From Ancylonema sp. (lineage: Eukaryota): DNA of 43,771 bases. This document shows, piece after piece, positions 21,521-33,914 of the stretch. The notes below the pieces were generated by a model. It was not told where the DNA came from. It saw nothing but the letters and a program-made list of their open reading frames with translations, and ran no database searches. How positions within the stretch are numbered: the first letter of the stretch is position 1; every line of letters begins with the position of its first letter. The position numbers were made by a program, and so were the translations under genes. The DNA is taken from assembly GCA_050230475.1 (NCBI GenBank), contig JBFLGF010000023.1, positions 62,001-105,771 on the forward strand, read 5' to 3'.

Positions 21521-24500
21521 TCAGTATAACCGTCCAAAACCTAGACTATTGCTGTGTCTGTCTAGTAAAACTTGAGGAAGAGCTTTTGTTAGCATATATG
21601 CTGGTTGATTGGCGCCTGCAAGATACACATATTTTAGTCTCCCCGTGCTGTGGCATTCCCGTACCCAGTGATATACCACATTAGTTTTGCTTTCTGGTTG
21701 CACAGGGTTCTGTATCATGGAGAGAGCTGAGGTTGAGTCAGTGTGGATTGTGATTTGGTTTGGAAACTTGAGTTCTTTCAAGAGAGACTTTAAATAACAG
21801 CACTCTTTAGATACACTACAGGCAGCGATATATTCAGCCTGAGCAGTGCTCTGTGCAACAGTGGACTGCTTCTGCGACTTCCAACTCAGTGCTGTCCCCC
21901 CAACCGTGGTTACCCATCCTGTGACTGGCTTTCTTGTCATGCTGCAACTGTTCCATGATGCATCGCAGTAACCCTTTACTTCAAAGCTGTCTTTTCCCAC
22001 AAAAGTCAGTCCGTGGTTCACAGTCCCTTTAAGGTATCTAAATAGTTGATGTAATGCCCTTATGTGTGCGACCCCAGGATTTCCCATGTGTTTAGCCTGT
22101 ACCCCAAGTGCATACCCGATGTCCAGTCTGGTTTGTTTCATGGCGTATATGAGTGATCCCACTTTTCCTCGAAAGTCTCTTATTTCTTCAGGGGTAGGGG
22201 GAAGAGTTGGTTCATCGTTTTTCGTAAACTGAGTTCCAGGGGCTAGAGGGAGTTTGGTTGGATTACACTCATGCATCCCATAACGTTCGAGCACTCCCCT
22301 TAAGAAACCTGACTGTCCCAGTGTGTGAGCAGTTTTCTCTGTCTATCCCTCTTCACTTCCACCCCCAGGATATGGGTTAGGGGGGAGACCCAGATCCTTG
22401 ACTTTGAAACTTTTTACCCATGTCTTCCTTCTTTAAAAGTTTTGACCACCATTGCGTTAGGAGACCTGTGATCACCTGTGATCATCTACATGTATGCCCA
22501 GTATGATTCTGCTGTCTCCTTCCCCCCTCATATATATACATGTGTCCATTACGCATTGTGTAAACCCTATCATAAACTTTCATATATAAACTTTTTGAAC
22601 ATTTCCTGCCATACGTGGCTACTCTGTTTTAGCCCGTACAATGCACCCTTCAGTCGTAAGACCTTTCCCTCAGCACCCCCTTTTATATACATACGTGGTG
22701 GTAATTTCATATAAACCACTTCTTCCAGACGTCCATGCAAGAACGCTGTGATAACGTCCATCTGTTCCAGTTCCCAGTCATATTGGTTTGCTATAGAGAG
22801 GAGTAGGTTGATAGATGGTACTGTCAATTAGTGGTGCAAATACCTCATTATAGTCAATACCCTCTTGCTGTAAGAACCCCTGTGCGACCAGTCTGACTTT
22901 ATATCTTTCAATATCCCCCTTAGGTGTTATTGACCTAACATAACGACACCCCACAACCTTTTTACCTGAAGGAAGTACACACACCTCAAAGGTGTTGAAC
23001 GTCTCCAGGGCAGCGAGCTCTTCCACGATGGCTCTGTCCCACGGTCCCAGTCTGGCCTCATCATGGCGTGGTTGAGGGTGAGTGGCTCGGAGGAGTTGCT
23101 GTTTGATGCTACGCAGGCGTAGCCAGGATCTACTAGGACCGTTGAAGCCAGTGTAGAAGCAGCTGGGCTCCCACTCAGTCGCTGAGTAGTTGGCATGGGC
23201 CGCGTCATCGAACTCCTCCCCATCACATCACATGATATCCCCATATTCTGCAAAGTTGGCTCGTGGCCATCACCGGATCAGCTATGCTGCCTGGCTCCCC
23301 AACTCCTGGGTTCGCACCCCCTCCTTGCACCTCCTCCTCCCCTGCCCCTGCATTGCATCTCCACCTCCTACGTTGTTGATCCCTGACTGGCTGTCGGACA
23401 GCTCAATCGTGATGTTGGGGACCTCAGCACCTTGTGGCTGGAAGTTGTCGTGCGGATGGTCGTTGGCAGCTGCTGGCTCAGGGACTCCTGGTTCTGCTGG
23501 TGCTGGGATTGGCTGCAGTATTGCTGGCATCGGCTGCAGAACTGCTGGCATGATGGGGTGGACTGCTGCTTCTGGCACAACTGCTGCTGGGGGTTCATCT
23601 TCGGTGTCGGGGAATAGATAGAAAAAGTGTTTTTCTGCTGCCGCCTGAACCTGGGGAGCTCTCCCCCCCATGAGCTTCGGGTACCCCGGCACCTCCTCGA
23701 AGAACCGCACGTCCATGCGTGATATCACCCCCACCCTATGGGGGTCGAATACGTTGTAGCCTGCACTCCCCGCAGCCATCCCCAGAAATACACCAAAACA
23801 AGTGCGAGGGGCAAAACTTGTCCCCTTGCCTGTTCTTTTCCGCCCCAACCTTCAAGTATTGCACCAGACACCCAAAATTATGATTTTGTTCATTTTCATG
23901 TTCTTTCCCTCCCAATCTTCAATTGGGATTCTGCCAGCGAGCGACTTAGTGGGAGTTTTGTTCCTTAACCAGTTTGCATGCAACAATGCAACATCCCAGT
24001 ACGACTTCGGTAGACCTAACCAGATCAATATGCATCGCATTTTTTCTGTCAAGGTTCTGTTCAGTCTTTCACAAATTCCATTTTGTTCAGGACTGTATGC
24101 TTCTGTGGTTTGCTTGTCAATACCCTTCCCCCCACAGTAGTTCATCCAGTCCTGAGACACATACTCCCCACCCTTATCTGTCCGTATAGAGTGTAGTGGC
24201 AACCTTGACTATACCTCGAGCAACTGTATAGTGACCTTTGCTCAGTTCAATGCTTCATCCTTAGTTTTCAGTAAACTAACAAATGACAGACGTGTGGACA
24301 CCTCAATCCCTGTCTGAGCATAAGTGAAACCTCCATTAGCAGACCTAACCAGAGGTAGAGGTCCAATCAGATCCAGCGACCCATCTTGGGGCATGTCCCC
24401 AGATCCTCGCCTTAGCGTGACTCAACTGACTCATTTTCCCCTGACAACAAACCTGACATCCCCTGACTTCAGTTAATTCATCTGGACTTAACTGTGGGAT

Positions 24501-26222
24501 GTCACCACGTCTGACAAAATCTGACATCACATCAGATCACATCAGAACCGGGGTGACCCAGTTTGTGATGCCAGATCATGCCTCTGGATAAATTTTCTCT
24601 CGTATCATGAGATCCAGGCATGACGATGGTAGCAGCAAGCAAAGTCAGACCACTAGGCTGCTGCAGTACTCTGCAGTACATCAGCCCACTTCGCATTCCC
24701 CTTGTTTAATTCAGGACCCGTGGGCAGCTGTAAGATGCTCAGCCCACCTCTTTTGACGAGGCACGATGTCGACACGAGGGTACAGGCAAAGGTAGGGACG
24801 TGGATCGAGTTGAGTGGCTGCACAAAAAATGTGTCGCCATTCCTCACTCGGATGTGCACGAATCCCGTGACCCGTCAGCAGTGGTGATGAAGGCCCTCTG
24901 CGTGGTCAGGGTTGGAGTGTACTCCACGAAGTGTTCACGTTCAGTGAAAATGTGGTTTGTAGCACCTGAGTCTAGGATCAGGGAGTCTGTGTGAGAACCA
25001 GCAGACAATGCTCGAGCAACATCGAATGAGAAAGCACCAAAAGCCAAATAATCCACTTAGCGTCAAAGGGTTTGTCAGCAAAGCGCAAGTCTTGTCTGTG
25101 CGTTAGCCCTTCGAGCAGCTTCTGGGTTCATTAAAGCCATGTCGGATGTGCGTTTTCTACATTGTTCAATTGTATGCCCTACAACATCTGCACTTCTGTC
25201 TCCCCCCTGAACCAACTTCCCTGAGTCGCGTGCGCAACAACATTTCCGGCTGCTGGCGATGGCGTCGCAGGGCACTGAGCAGCTCTGTGGCCTGCTTGGT
25301 GACACCTGTGGCATTTCCACGCTCCGGCATGGCCTCCGCCAATAGCTGGTGAAGGGCAGTTCGCCCTGATGTGGCCAAATTTGTGGCAGCCGAAGCACTC
25401 GACGCCTGCAGCGTCTCTGCTGCGACCAGCTCCACCCCCACCACCAGGTCTGCTCCTGCCTCCAGCTCCGCTACCCCCTCCAGGTCCACCATAATGAGCT
25501 TGGTGACCCTGGGAGCGCCCCCCTCTTTCGTTCATTCAGCTCCTTTCTGACGTCATCGCGCAACAGCGCACTCACGATGTGGGGAATCGTAAACAGATGT
25601 GGTGACGATTGTGACCACGGCATCAGCGTCGAGACCATTGGGCTGTAATGAGTGTTGAGGGAGTTGAGCAAGTTGATCGCCTACTTCATAGGAGTTACTG
25701 GCGCACCCAGATTCTTCAAATCCTGGTGTAGCTGCTGCAGCCGCTTGACATATACGTTGAGGTTCTGTGCCTCAGTCTGTATGATTGCGCTCAGCAACGC
25801 CTCGGTGTTCGCGATCTCAATCGCTCCCTGCACCTGGTAGAATGTTCTCAGGGCTTCCCACATTTCGGCGGCAGTCGCGCAGTCCGTGACGTGCGTCAGC
25901 TCCGAAGGACCCAAATGTTTCACTATGTAGGACATGGCAGCCAGATTGTCCTCATCCCATTTCTCGAGCTGCAGCAGCTGCTGGGAAATCTGCTGCTCCC
26001 TAACCAATCTCTCGACATCAACGTCGATCCCCCTGGCGGGCAAATTGGAGCTCGTTGTCAGGTGTCAATGGAAGTATAACGTCTGGACGACACCTCCGCA
26101 CGGCATGCTGTCCCAATCCATCACCACACGATGCAGCTTTTTGTCCGCCAGCCCATATTTACCTTGAAGGCCCATCCTGTGTAATCTGCTCCAGTGAATG
26201 GGATTTGCGACCTATCCGACAT
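21521..26222 (-). pseudogene. copia gag-pol, frameshifted and with stops
   Basis: Gag start MSDRSQIPFTGADYTGWAFK; Zn knuckles CFGCHKFGHIRANC and CHRCHQAGHRAAQC; protease LILDSGATNH; integrase IRTDKGGEY...PEQNGICERLNRTL; RT RYKVRLVAQGF, QMDVITAFLHG, LYGLKQS, HVDD; RNase H GYCDASW...SWKSQKQSTVAQST. Confidence 0.95.
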
Positions 26223-26465
26223 TGTGGCAGCAATTGTTTAGGATTTTTCGAAAATTCTCACTCAGCTCGAGCTCTCAGTGCAATTCCTGCAATGCAGCAC
26301 TCAGCTCGAATTCTTGCAGCGCAATGTGAAAATTACGTGTAGCCCTTAACAACTACGAATATATTTGCGCTCTGGCAGAATATACCGTTCTCAGAGATAA
26401 TTGCAGCGAAATCGCGTGGAGCCTTTAGTTTTTAACCAACACGGCGTCTGAACTAGACCGCACGT

Positions 26466-26479
26466 GGGCCCATAAAACC
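26466..26479 (-). other. Primer-binding site of the half-tRNA-iMet type
   Basis: Minus strand GGTTTTATGGGCCC directly after the 5' LTR. It resembles the GGTTATGGGCCC PBS of Drosophila copia and Osser-like elements, with a 2-nt insertion. Confidence 0.75.
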
Positions 26480-26959
26480 TTTAAGCTTTTGTGAGTGTGA
26501 TTTTAGACGTGCAGGATAATTAGGTGGGCGACAAAACGAACGGACCGTACGCAAAAGAAAGGATCTCTATCACTGATGATCAACGAGACAGGAGTTGCGT
26601 GTGTGGAACGAATTATTATTATTGATTGTGATTGCATCGGGGATGGTAATACCCGATGCGCCGCTTCTTACAGATTGTTGTGTGCCGACGGTCGGCACAA
26701 TTGACCCGTCGGCCTATCCGTTGAGTGACAACTCATCTACATGTCAACGGCACATGCCGGACATTTCTGACACGACTAAACAAGCCAATCACGACACGTC
26801 AAGCAAATAACGTCTCTAAGTGTCGGCAACATGTCAGGTGCCCGGACACAACGTGCCCGGCCCCGCATATAAGCACATCTAGGAATATTGCTCCCGGTTA
26901 GGTAACCGGTTACAATGGACTAGCAAGCATAATATATAGCTATCCAAAATATTCCAACA
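26480..26959 (-). repeat. copia 5' LTR
   Basis: Direct repeat of 20357-20823, differing mainly by short indels; followed on the plus strand by the TSD ttatc. Confidence 0.92.
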
Positions 26960-27068
26960 TTATCCTTCTGTGGTCCTGGTTTTTTTTTTTTATAAAGACA
27001 ATTTTTTATGTAGAACAAAAAAAGGTCACTCTATCAAGATTGTCTCTATATCAAAGGGTTTACTATAT

Positions 27069-27708
27069 CCGTACTAGGCCCCGTAAATGATTTTTGATTG
27101 ATTATTGAAACCCGAAAGTTATCATCTAACTTATTTCCAAATAAGTAGAAAAAGGATACTCAAAGTCATAAACATAACCCCTTTAAAATTCATTTACGGA
27201 AATTCGGGGCCATCTAGATGTGACTCTAGATGTCATGAAACAAGGTACACGACACATTTTTGGACGAGTTACATGTACGACCTCAAAATCTAAGTTACCG
27301 GGCCCTAAAAGTCCCACGGGAAATGGCCGATCAGACGCTACAAGACAAATAAAGACCTTTTTGAACGACAATATTGTGGCCGGGCGAGACATCGCGACTA
27401 GTACGGGTGCTTGCCACGTGCAGTTGCTACGTCGAAAATCACGTTATATATGTCAGAGTTACCCACATGCGGGTGGATATGGGCGAATCATTTGTTTTTT
27501 TCATTCCCAAAGAAGGAAGTCATTTATATTTTTTATTCATAAAACCCGGAATCATCCCCAAAAATCATTGATAATAACGAACGCATTCCTGGAATCATTA
27601 CCGAAAATCATCGATAATCACTAACGGAATCCCACCATCATTTCTAAAAATCATCACGAAAATAATTCCTTTTGATAAAACCGAAATCATTTACGGTGCC
27701 CAGTACGG
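27069..27708. mobile_element. Tc1/mariner-type MITE (CCGTACT.G termini) with AATCA repeats
   Basis: CCGTACTAGGCCCCGTAAATGATTT ... AAATCATTTACGGTGCCCAGTACGG|TA. Confidence 0.8.
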
Positions 27709-27849
27709 TATACGAAAAAACTCATGTTTTTTTAGTTCACAATGTCCAAACCGACCACATTGTTGATTTGAATATGTTTGACTACACGTCAGATTTAATT
27801 AGGAATGTATTAATTAAGACAGGTTTCCTGTATTGAGGAGACTTCACAG

Positions 27850-27959
27850 CATAGATGGGTCTTTGAAGTGCGCGTCCCGCACGTGTTCCGCACGCGTGCG
27901 CTCGCGCACGCGTACCGCACGCGTGTGCAAATCCTGCGCACGGTGCTGACCCATCTATG
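27850..27959. mobile_element. 110-bp hAT-type MITE
   Basis: TIR CATAGATGGGTC / GACCCATCTATG with a perfect 8-bp TSD cttcacag; internal GCACGCGT repeats. Confidence 0.92.
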
Positions 27960-28432
27960 CTTCACAGGTGCTGCGTCTGTGTACCCCCCGCTGTCGCCCG
28001 CAAGCGCAGCCCGGTCGCCCGTTCCGGGCGCGCTAAATGTCGGGATTTCAAGACATGAAGTTAAAAAAAGCATAGCTTCTAGACGTTTTATGGCATTCTT
28101 TGAAAAAAAAATGTTTCATGAAACTATTAAGTTGATAATAGCACTTCTTATTTTTGTATTTCGATCAATATGGAGGTTTAAAAAACCGAAAATACCAGAA
28201 CCCTAGAAAAGCTATGCATACCCGAACGCCACGTGGACATTCCCGAACTCGTTCCGCCTGCAGGCGATGCCGTTCGCGGGCGCCGCCCGGCGAATGGTAC
28301 CGACCCGGCCCGGTCTGGCCCGGCCCGGTGATTTTGACGGGAGTGTATATCTATGGTCTGCAGAGTAAAGAAGACTTCGCTGCTCTTCAGTGCACATACT
28401 GAAGAGGTCGACTTGCGTTTTGCTCGGTGAAC

Positions 28433-30678
28433 ATGTCTAGCTCGCTCACAGACTCGATGTCCTCTGCGCCGAACGGGCGTAGGGGTCATGATTCAGGGGA
28501 GACTAGGAGGGACCACCTCTTGCGACAACAGTTCACGGAAATGGAGCAGTTCTTTGCGCCATTTGTGCACGATGACGCCTGTCTCCTTGAAGATGTTTGC
28601 CGTCAATTTGAGAAGTACACTGTCGTCGTGTTCTTATGCGTTCCTTCCATGGATGATAAGTATTTTGAGCGGGAAGTGGCGAAGGATGGCTTGCTTCTTT
28701 GCCTGCGGGGCTTCAACGCCTGGGATGTCATCGGCAAAGCTAGAACTAAATACTTAGGTTCGCGCCCTTACCCTCTCTTGTCTCGTCTTCTTATATGAAA
28801 GTAGACGTTGCTGTTGATTCTCGCCTGAATGCGCCTGAATGGTCTCACTGGCCAAAGCCTGTGGCCTAGAAATCTTCGAATCCTGCTGCTGTCCTACGCT
28901 CTATTTGCGACCTTATTTGAAGTCCAGCAAAAAGACACTATTTCTGACAAGATGGTCGCTTACACACGCGCAATCGGCGCTCGCTACACTCATTGTGCTC
29001 ACATCTACCCCCACATGTGTGGTTGCTGCGTCTTCGGGTCGTTCCCAGTTATCCGTTGTCCTTTGGCAGAGATCTCGATTGTGCAACGGTGATCGTGCCT
29101 ATGCTTGTAATCGGACGTCAATCTGATGTGGGCCTCGTTGCGCAGGCGATAAGGATTTTAGAGAGGGTTTCCACGCACCAACCAGTTGGCCTAAAGGTAC
29201 GGCTATACCGTTGACCAATCAATGGTGCTTGGTGTGAACCGATTGCGTTCCACTCTGCTTGCTATCGCTATCGCTATTGTAAGCGTTCCTGCTGTGATGC
29301 GTCTCATGTAGAGATTTATGTGTAAGTGTGTGCATAGGGTATGTATATCTTCATTGACGACCCTCGCAAATGTGTGTTCTTTGTAGACGTTGCTCGTTAC
29401 TTGGAAGCGGTGGTACCTGCAAAGCTTGTACCCGAGATCACGAGTGTGCTTGAACCGCTTCTCACCCCCATCAAACTGTATGCATTGTCCTGGGAGGAGA
29501 TGCATCATATTGCGATCATGCTGGAAAAACGTCTCACCTTCGAACCAAGATTTCTGTATCGTTACTTACAAGCTGCAAAAATCATTCACGGTATTGAACA
29601 ACGTATATGAATGTTGAGGAGCACGCGTTATGGTGCTGTTTTGCAGAACAGTTGATGTTTGAGGAACATCTATGCTAGTGTTTTATTTGGGGCTCGTGGC
29701 AGATTTTTGTTGTGTCGCTTTTTTTGTTTTTTTAGTCCGAGTACTAAACAGCTGCTGTTGGTTTTGCCTTGTCTCCGACGACTGGTGGAAACAATAGGCA
29801 TGAGCCCTCATTATATAAGTGAGGTTCTTTGTATGGCCTCCTTTCCCAATAATCATTGATCATTCACATAATCATTTGGTGGTCCCTAGTAGCATGCAAT
29901 GGTAGTGGATGGGTACATGTAGGGCTGCCATATCGGATTCGCTTTTGCAAGCTGGAATTGCAGACGATCGGAAGCATATCTGTCTTTGTGTATCAAATAC
30001 TGCCATTTCTTCATTGCGGCTCCCTGCCCCCGGCTGAAATGTTTTCAGTTGTACCTCGATATGACGAGACTGTTATCCTATCGACATGAGGCTGTACCAT
30101 GTTTTCAATGGGTGCAGGTGAAGAGTTGGACATTGTGGAAGTAGCCCATGCAAAGCTCGATAAGAAAAATGACTTTCAACTCACTCTGGCATCAAAGCTC
30201 ATGTGGACTCTCAGCTTTTGGATGGTGAGTGCTCTAGTCTTGTTCATGCCAGTGCCATGATCCCTCTTGCTTGTGACTCGTTCCATCATGTCAAGGAATG
30301 AAGGAGAATGCGCTAATTGAAAGAGAGCACAAGTGATGACTTTGAGGGCGCACTCATGGTGCAAGTGCGATCGTGGAACTGATGGTATCTTTTTTGCATG
30401 TTCTTCTTGCATGTGTGAAAGAATGGGGAGAGATTGCCGTTTCATTCTTGCCAATGGTTTTGCCGTTATCGTATCTTCATGTGGAGCTGAGGTTTAGCAA
30501 AACTCCTAGTACAAAGTCATTGAAAAGATTGAGCCTCGTGTTTGTTGGTGCCCAGGTCGGTTGGAAGTCAGCAATACAGAATGCTACCGGCTATGACTAT
30601 GAGTTTCCTCGTTTTTGTTATGAGAAGTTTGACAAACCTCTTTGGCATGACGCAAGGGAGGCCAATTGTTATCGTTGA
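28433..30678 (+). pseudogene. Unknown multi-exon gene family, copy 1 (internal stops)
   Basis: Peptide blocks FFAPFVHDDACLLED..., IFIDDPRKCVFFVDVARYLEAVVP...RLTFEPRFLYRYLQAA and TGYDYEFPRFCYEKFDKPLWHDAREANCYR* are conserved with copies 2 and/or 3. The inferred second exon has several TGA/TAG codons. Confidence 0.65.
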
Positions 30679-30906
30679 GTTCCACACCGAATACTGTCTC
30701 CAAGAATCTAGCGTCTGATGCGATGTAGTTCTTCCTTGGAGCTCCAAGGAAGGTGTTATTGTTGTACTTTTGCACTGATATTGGTGTCCACTTGTGGACA
30801 CCAATATGGAGGTAATGGAGGTTATAGGCTTTGTGGGTGTGCAAAGTTAGGGTTATTCCTTATGCGGACAAGAACAACCATCTCAGTTGTCTCAATTACC
30901 CACCCA

Positions 30907-30940
30907 CATTATGCCACATTATGCCACATTATGCCACATT
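30907..30940. repeat. 10-bp tandem repeat (cattatgcca) x3
   Basis: Direct reading. Confidence 0.9.
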
Positions 30941-32859
30941 AGTACCTTACCTATCACGATAATGTAAATTGTCAAACCCTCGGGTGCTCGACATGTAAGA
31001 TTTCGTAGCGAATATTACGATATTTGCAATACAGACATAATTGGCACCTCGACGCGTGGATCCAGGATGGTCCGAGACTCGTCCAGCCTTGGACGCGTCT
31101 GGGACGAGTTTTGAGATCCCCAAACCGTCCCGGGATCGAAGACGGGGGGAGAGAAAAAAAACCACTTTTGGGGGTTCCCATGACTTGGTTCAAATAGTAC
31201 AAATATACAATCAAATGATGTTTCAAAACCGGAGGAAGGTTAGTTGTACTCCGAAATTTGTACATACAGACTATCATTCACACATACTTGAGCATGTGCG
31301 TGTGTCTTTCTTCGTGTCACTACATTCAACCACGATAACAGCCACATCAAAATCATCAAATTCATTTTCTTATTCGATTGATATTGCATACTAGTAGTTT
31401 TGGGCAAAAACTAATAGTCGTATATAACTTAGGGACCCATAGAATACTCCTATGAAGCCTACTTTCCAACAAGATTCACAAATTTTGATAGTCAAGTTGA
31501 GTTTTCTGCAACAACTTATGTAGATAGTCTACAATGGAGTACATAACCATCTTCCACTTCAAATGCATGTTATTTTTGTTGCAACATGCAACTCTGAAGA
31601 GGTTGAACGTTTTGAGACATATTGAAAAGTATGTGTAACGCACCACGCGTTTCTGCATTGCTTTTTGTCGAGAATTATAATAATTGTCGATTGCGCTTAT
31701 AAACCTAGTTGTTTCTAGAGAGAGACGCCGGCCTCGGGCTTGCGTCCCGTCCTTGAAGTAATACTTCATACATAATATTAATACTCGCGCAAGGTTGCGC
31801 CAATGAATACCCATTCAATGGTACATACTACCGCCCCTGGTTAGAGACGGTAATTATCTATCATTATGCCCGTCTTTTGCATGACACGTAGACAGGCTTC
31901 TCGCCCCATCTACCTCTTCACACTCATTCCGAGTTCAAGGAACGGGCTGATTGGATCTCCACCATCAAGCCTCTCGAAGTAGCATTCATCAGGCGACCTG
32001 CGCACATTGAGGCAGTTCAAGTAGAATCCGATACTTGCAGACCCACTCGCGTATGGACCAATTTCATTGAGCCACGAATCCTGGGACTTCATCTTCTATA
32101 AATTTTGGAAAGTCCAGAACTCAGCAATTGCCTAGAACCTACCTTTGCAACTCCCTTGGTCCACTATCCCGACGCTCCTCCACCACTGGTCAACATCCTT
32201 GGCCAAAGCTATGTCTTTCATGCCCTTTCTTCTTACCCATGCTCAAGACGGTGTCGTTGTCCTACCTCTAGCCATAGTTGCACGGCATTTTTTTCGCGAA
32301 TATATTTATACTTCACAACTTATAAAAATGTCAAAAAGATGTTAGACCTATCAAATAAGTAATGAAAACCTGCAATGCATCAAAATACATAAGGTTTTTC
32401 ACCACTTTGGGAAAATAATATATGTCATTTGGAATAGTTACAAGTACTCCATATTCTTTCATTTCCCATAGATTACAATGCAATGCTAAAATGATGCTCA
32501 TGTGAGGCTCAAAAAAATGTGATGAAGGTTTTTGGGTTTAAAAAACACCCATATCAAACATCCTCTTGGATTTAATTTTCATGCTCCCAACTTTGTATCG
32601 AAACTCCTTTTCACCTTACAAACACAGTCCTCACTTCTCACTTTCCTAATCTTTATTACTAATAGGTAATTTCCCTATCTAAAGTTTACTAATCTGATCT
32701 ATCCTTGCCTACAACTCCATGCTTCTATGAAACAAGAAATATAACACCATCACGACTTCTACACCCATATTGTTTTTCCTATTTTTACACTATCTTCCCA
32801 AAGTGAGACGTGTTCAAATTTGACTGCGCACAATTACAATTACGATAGTGGCCAAAGTT

Positions 32860-33914
32860 TGGAAACTTGTGGAGAATGTGTTTGCGTATGCTGCTACTTC
32901 GCACAACGATTGATGCATCTGAAACATCTATGCTAGCGTTTGATTTGGGAAACTTTGTAAGTTTTTTTCTGTCGCGATACAAGACATTTGTTCGAGTACT
33001 AACCGGTTGTCCTTATGTCCGACGACTGGCGAAAATAATAGAATCGAGCCGACATTATTTAAGTAAAGTTTCCCTTCCCACCAACCATCAATTATCTGCA
33101 TAGTTATTTGACAGGGAATGGCAGTGGATGGGTACGCGTAGGGCTTCCAAAACGGTATCGTATGTAGAAGCTAAGAAGCAAGATGGTGAAAATCAAGTCT
33201 ATGTCTTCGCTTCCGCATCTAATATTTCTGCCCGTCAGCATTCCGGCTCCTTGCCTCTGGCTGTCGATCGCACCTCTGTATCACGAGAATGTTATCATAT
33301 CGAAATGAGACTGCACTCTATTTTCAAATGGGTGTAGGCGAAGAGTGGGACATTCTGGACGGAGCACATGCAAAGTTTTTAAAGAAAAATATGTTCCAAC
33401 TCAGCCTGGCATGGAAGCTCATGAGAACAATTGGAGGGCAAATGCTTCAATATTGGTTATGCAATTGCTATGATTCCTCGTGCTTGTGACTCGTTCGTGC
33501 AAGTCAAGGAGTGTAGATTAAATCGCTAGAAAGAGAGTACCAATGTCGATATGGACGCCAAATTTATGGTGCATGTGCGGTCTTGGAATTGATTCTCAAT
33601 GCTTACTCGAAGGTTTGAATGTATGTGTTGAAGAATTGGGGAGAAGATGCCTGTGGCGACCATGCCATTTCGTTTTTGGCACCATGTTTTCCTTCTTTGA
33701 AGTAATTTCATGTGGAGCTCGGGTTCAACACAGTTCCAAGTACAGAGTCGTTGAAAATATTTGCCCCTTTGTTTCGCCTTGGTGCCCAGGTTGGGTGGAA
33801 GTCAATAGTGATAGAAAAGCCACCGGCTACGACTATGAGTTCCCTCGTTTTCGTTACGACAAGTTTGACAAACCTCCTTGGCATGATGCAAGAGAGGCCA
33901 CTTTTTATCGTTGA
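32860..33914 (+). pseudogene. Unknown gene family, copy 2 (5'-truncated)
   Basis: Colinear with ~29610-30678 (ETSMLAF; VRRLAKII; TGYDYEFPRFRYDKFDKPPWHDAREATFYR*). Confidence 0.65.

Larger units (their letters stand above)
20357..26959 (-). mobile_element. Full-length but decayed Ty1/copia LTR retrotransposon (~6.6 kb)
   Basis: Paired LTRs; 5-bp TSD ttatc (20352-20356 and 26960-26964); PBS and PPT present; gag-PR-INT-RT-RNH order on the minus strand. Confidence 0.96.
19865..27830. mobile_element. pogo-like MITE probably hosting the copia element and a mariner MITE
   Basis: Left end caataaacctgtttaaattaata; right end tattaattaagacaggtttcctg|ta. The same termini and internal ccggtcccga occur in an uninterrupted copy at 38578-38753. 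Confidence 0.5.
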
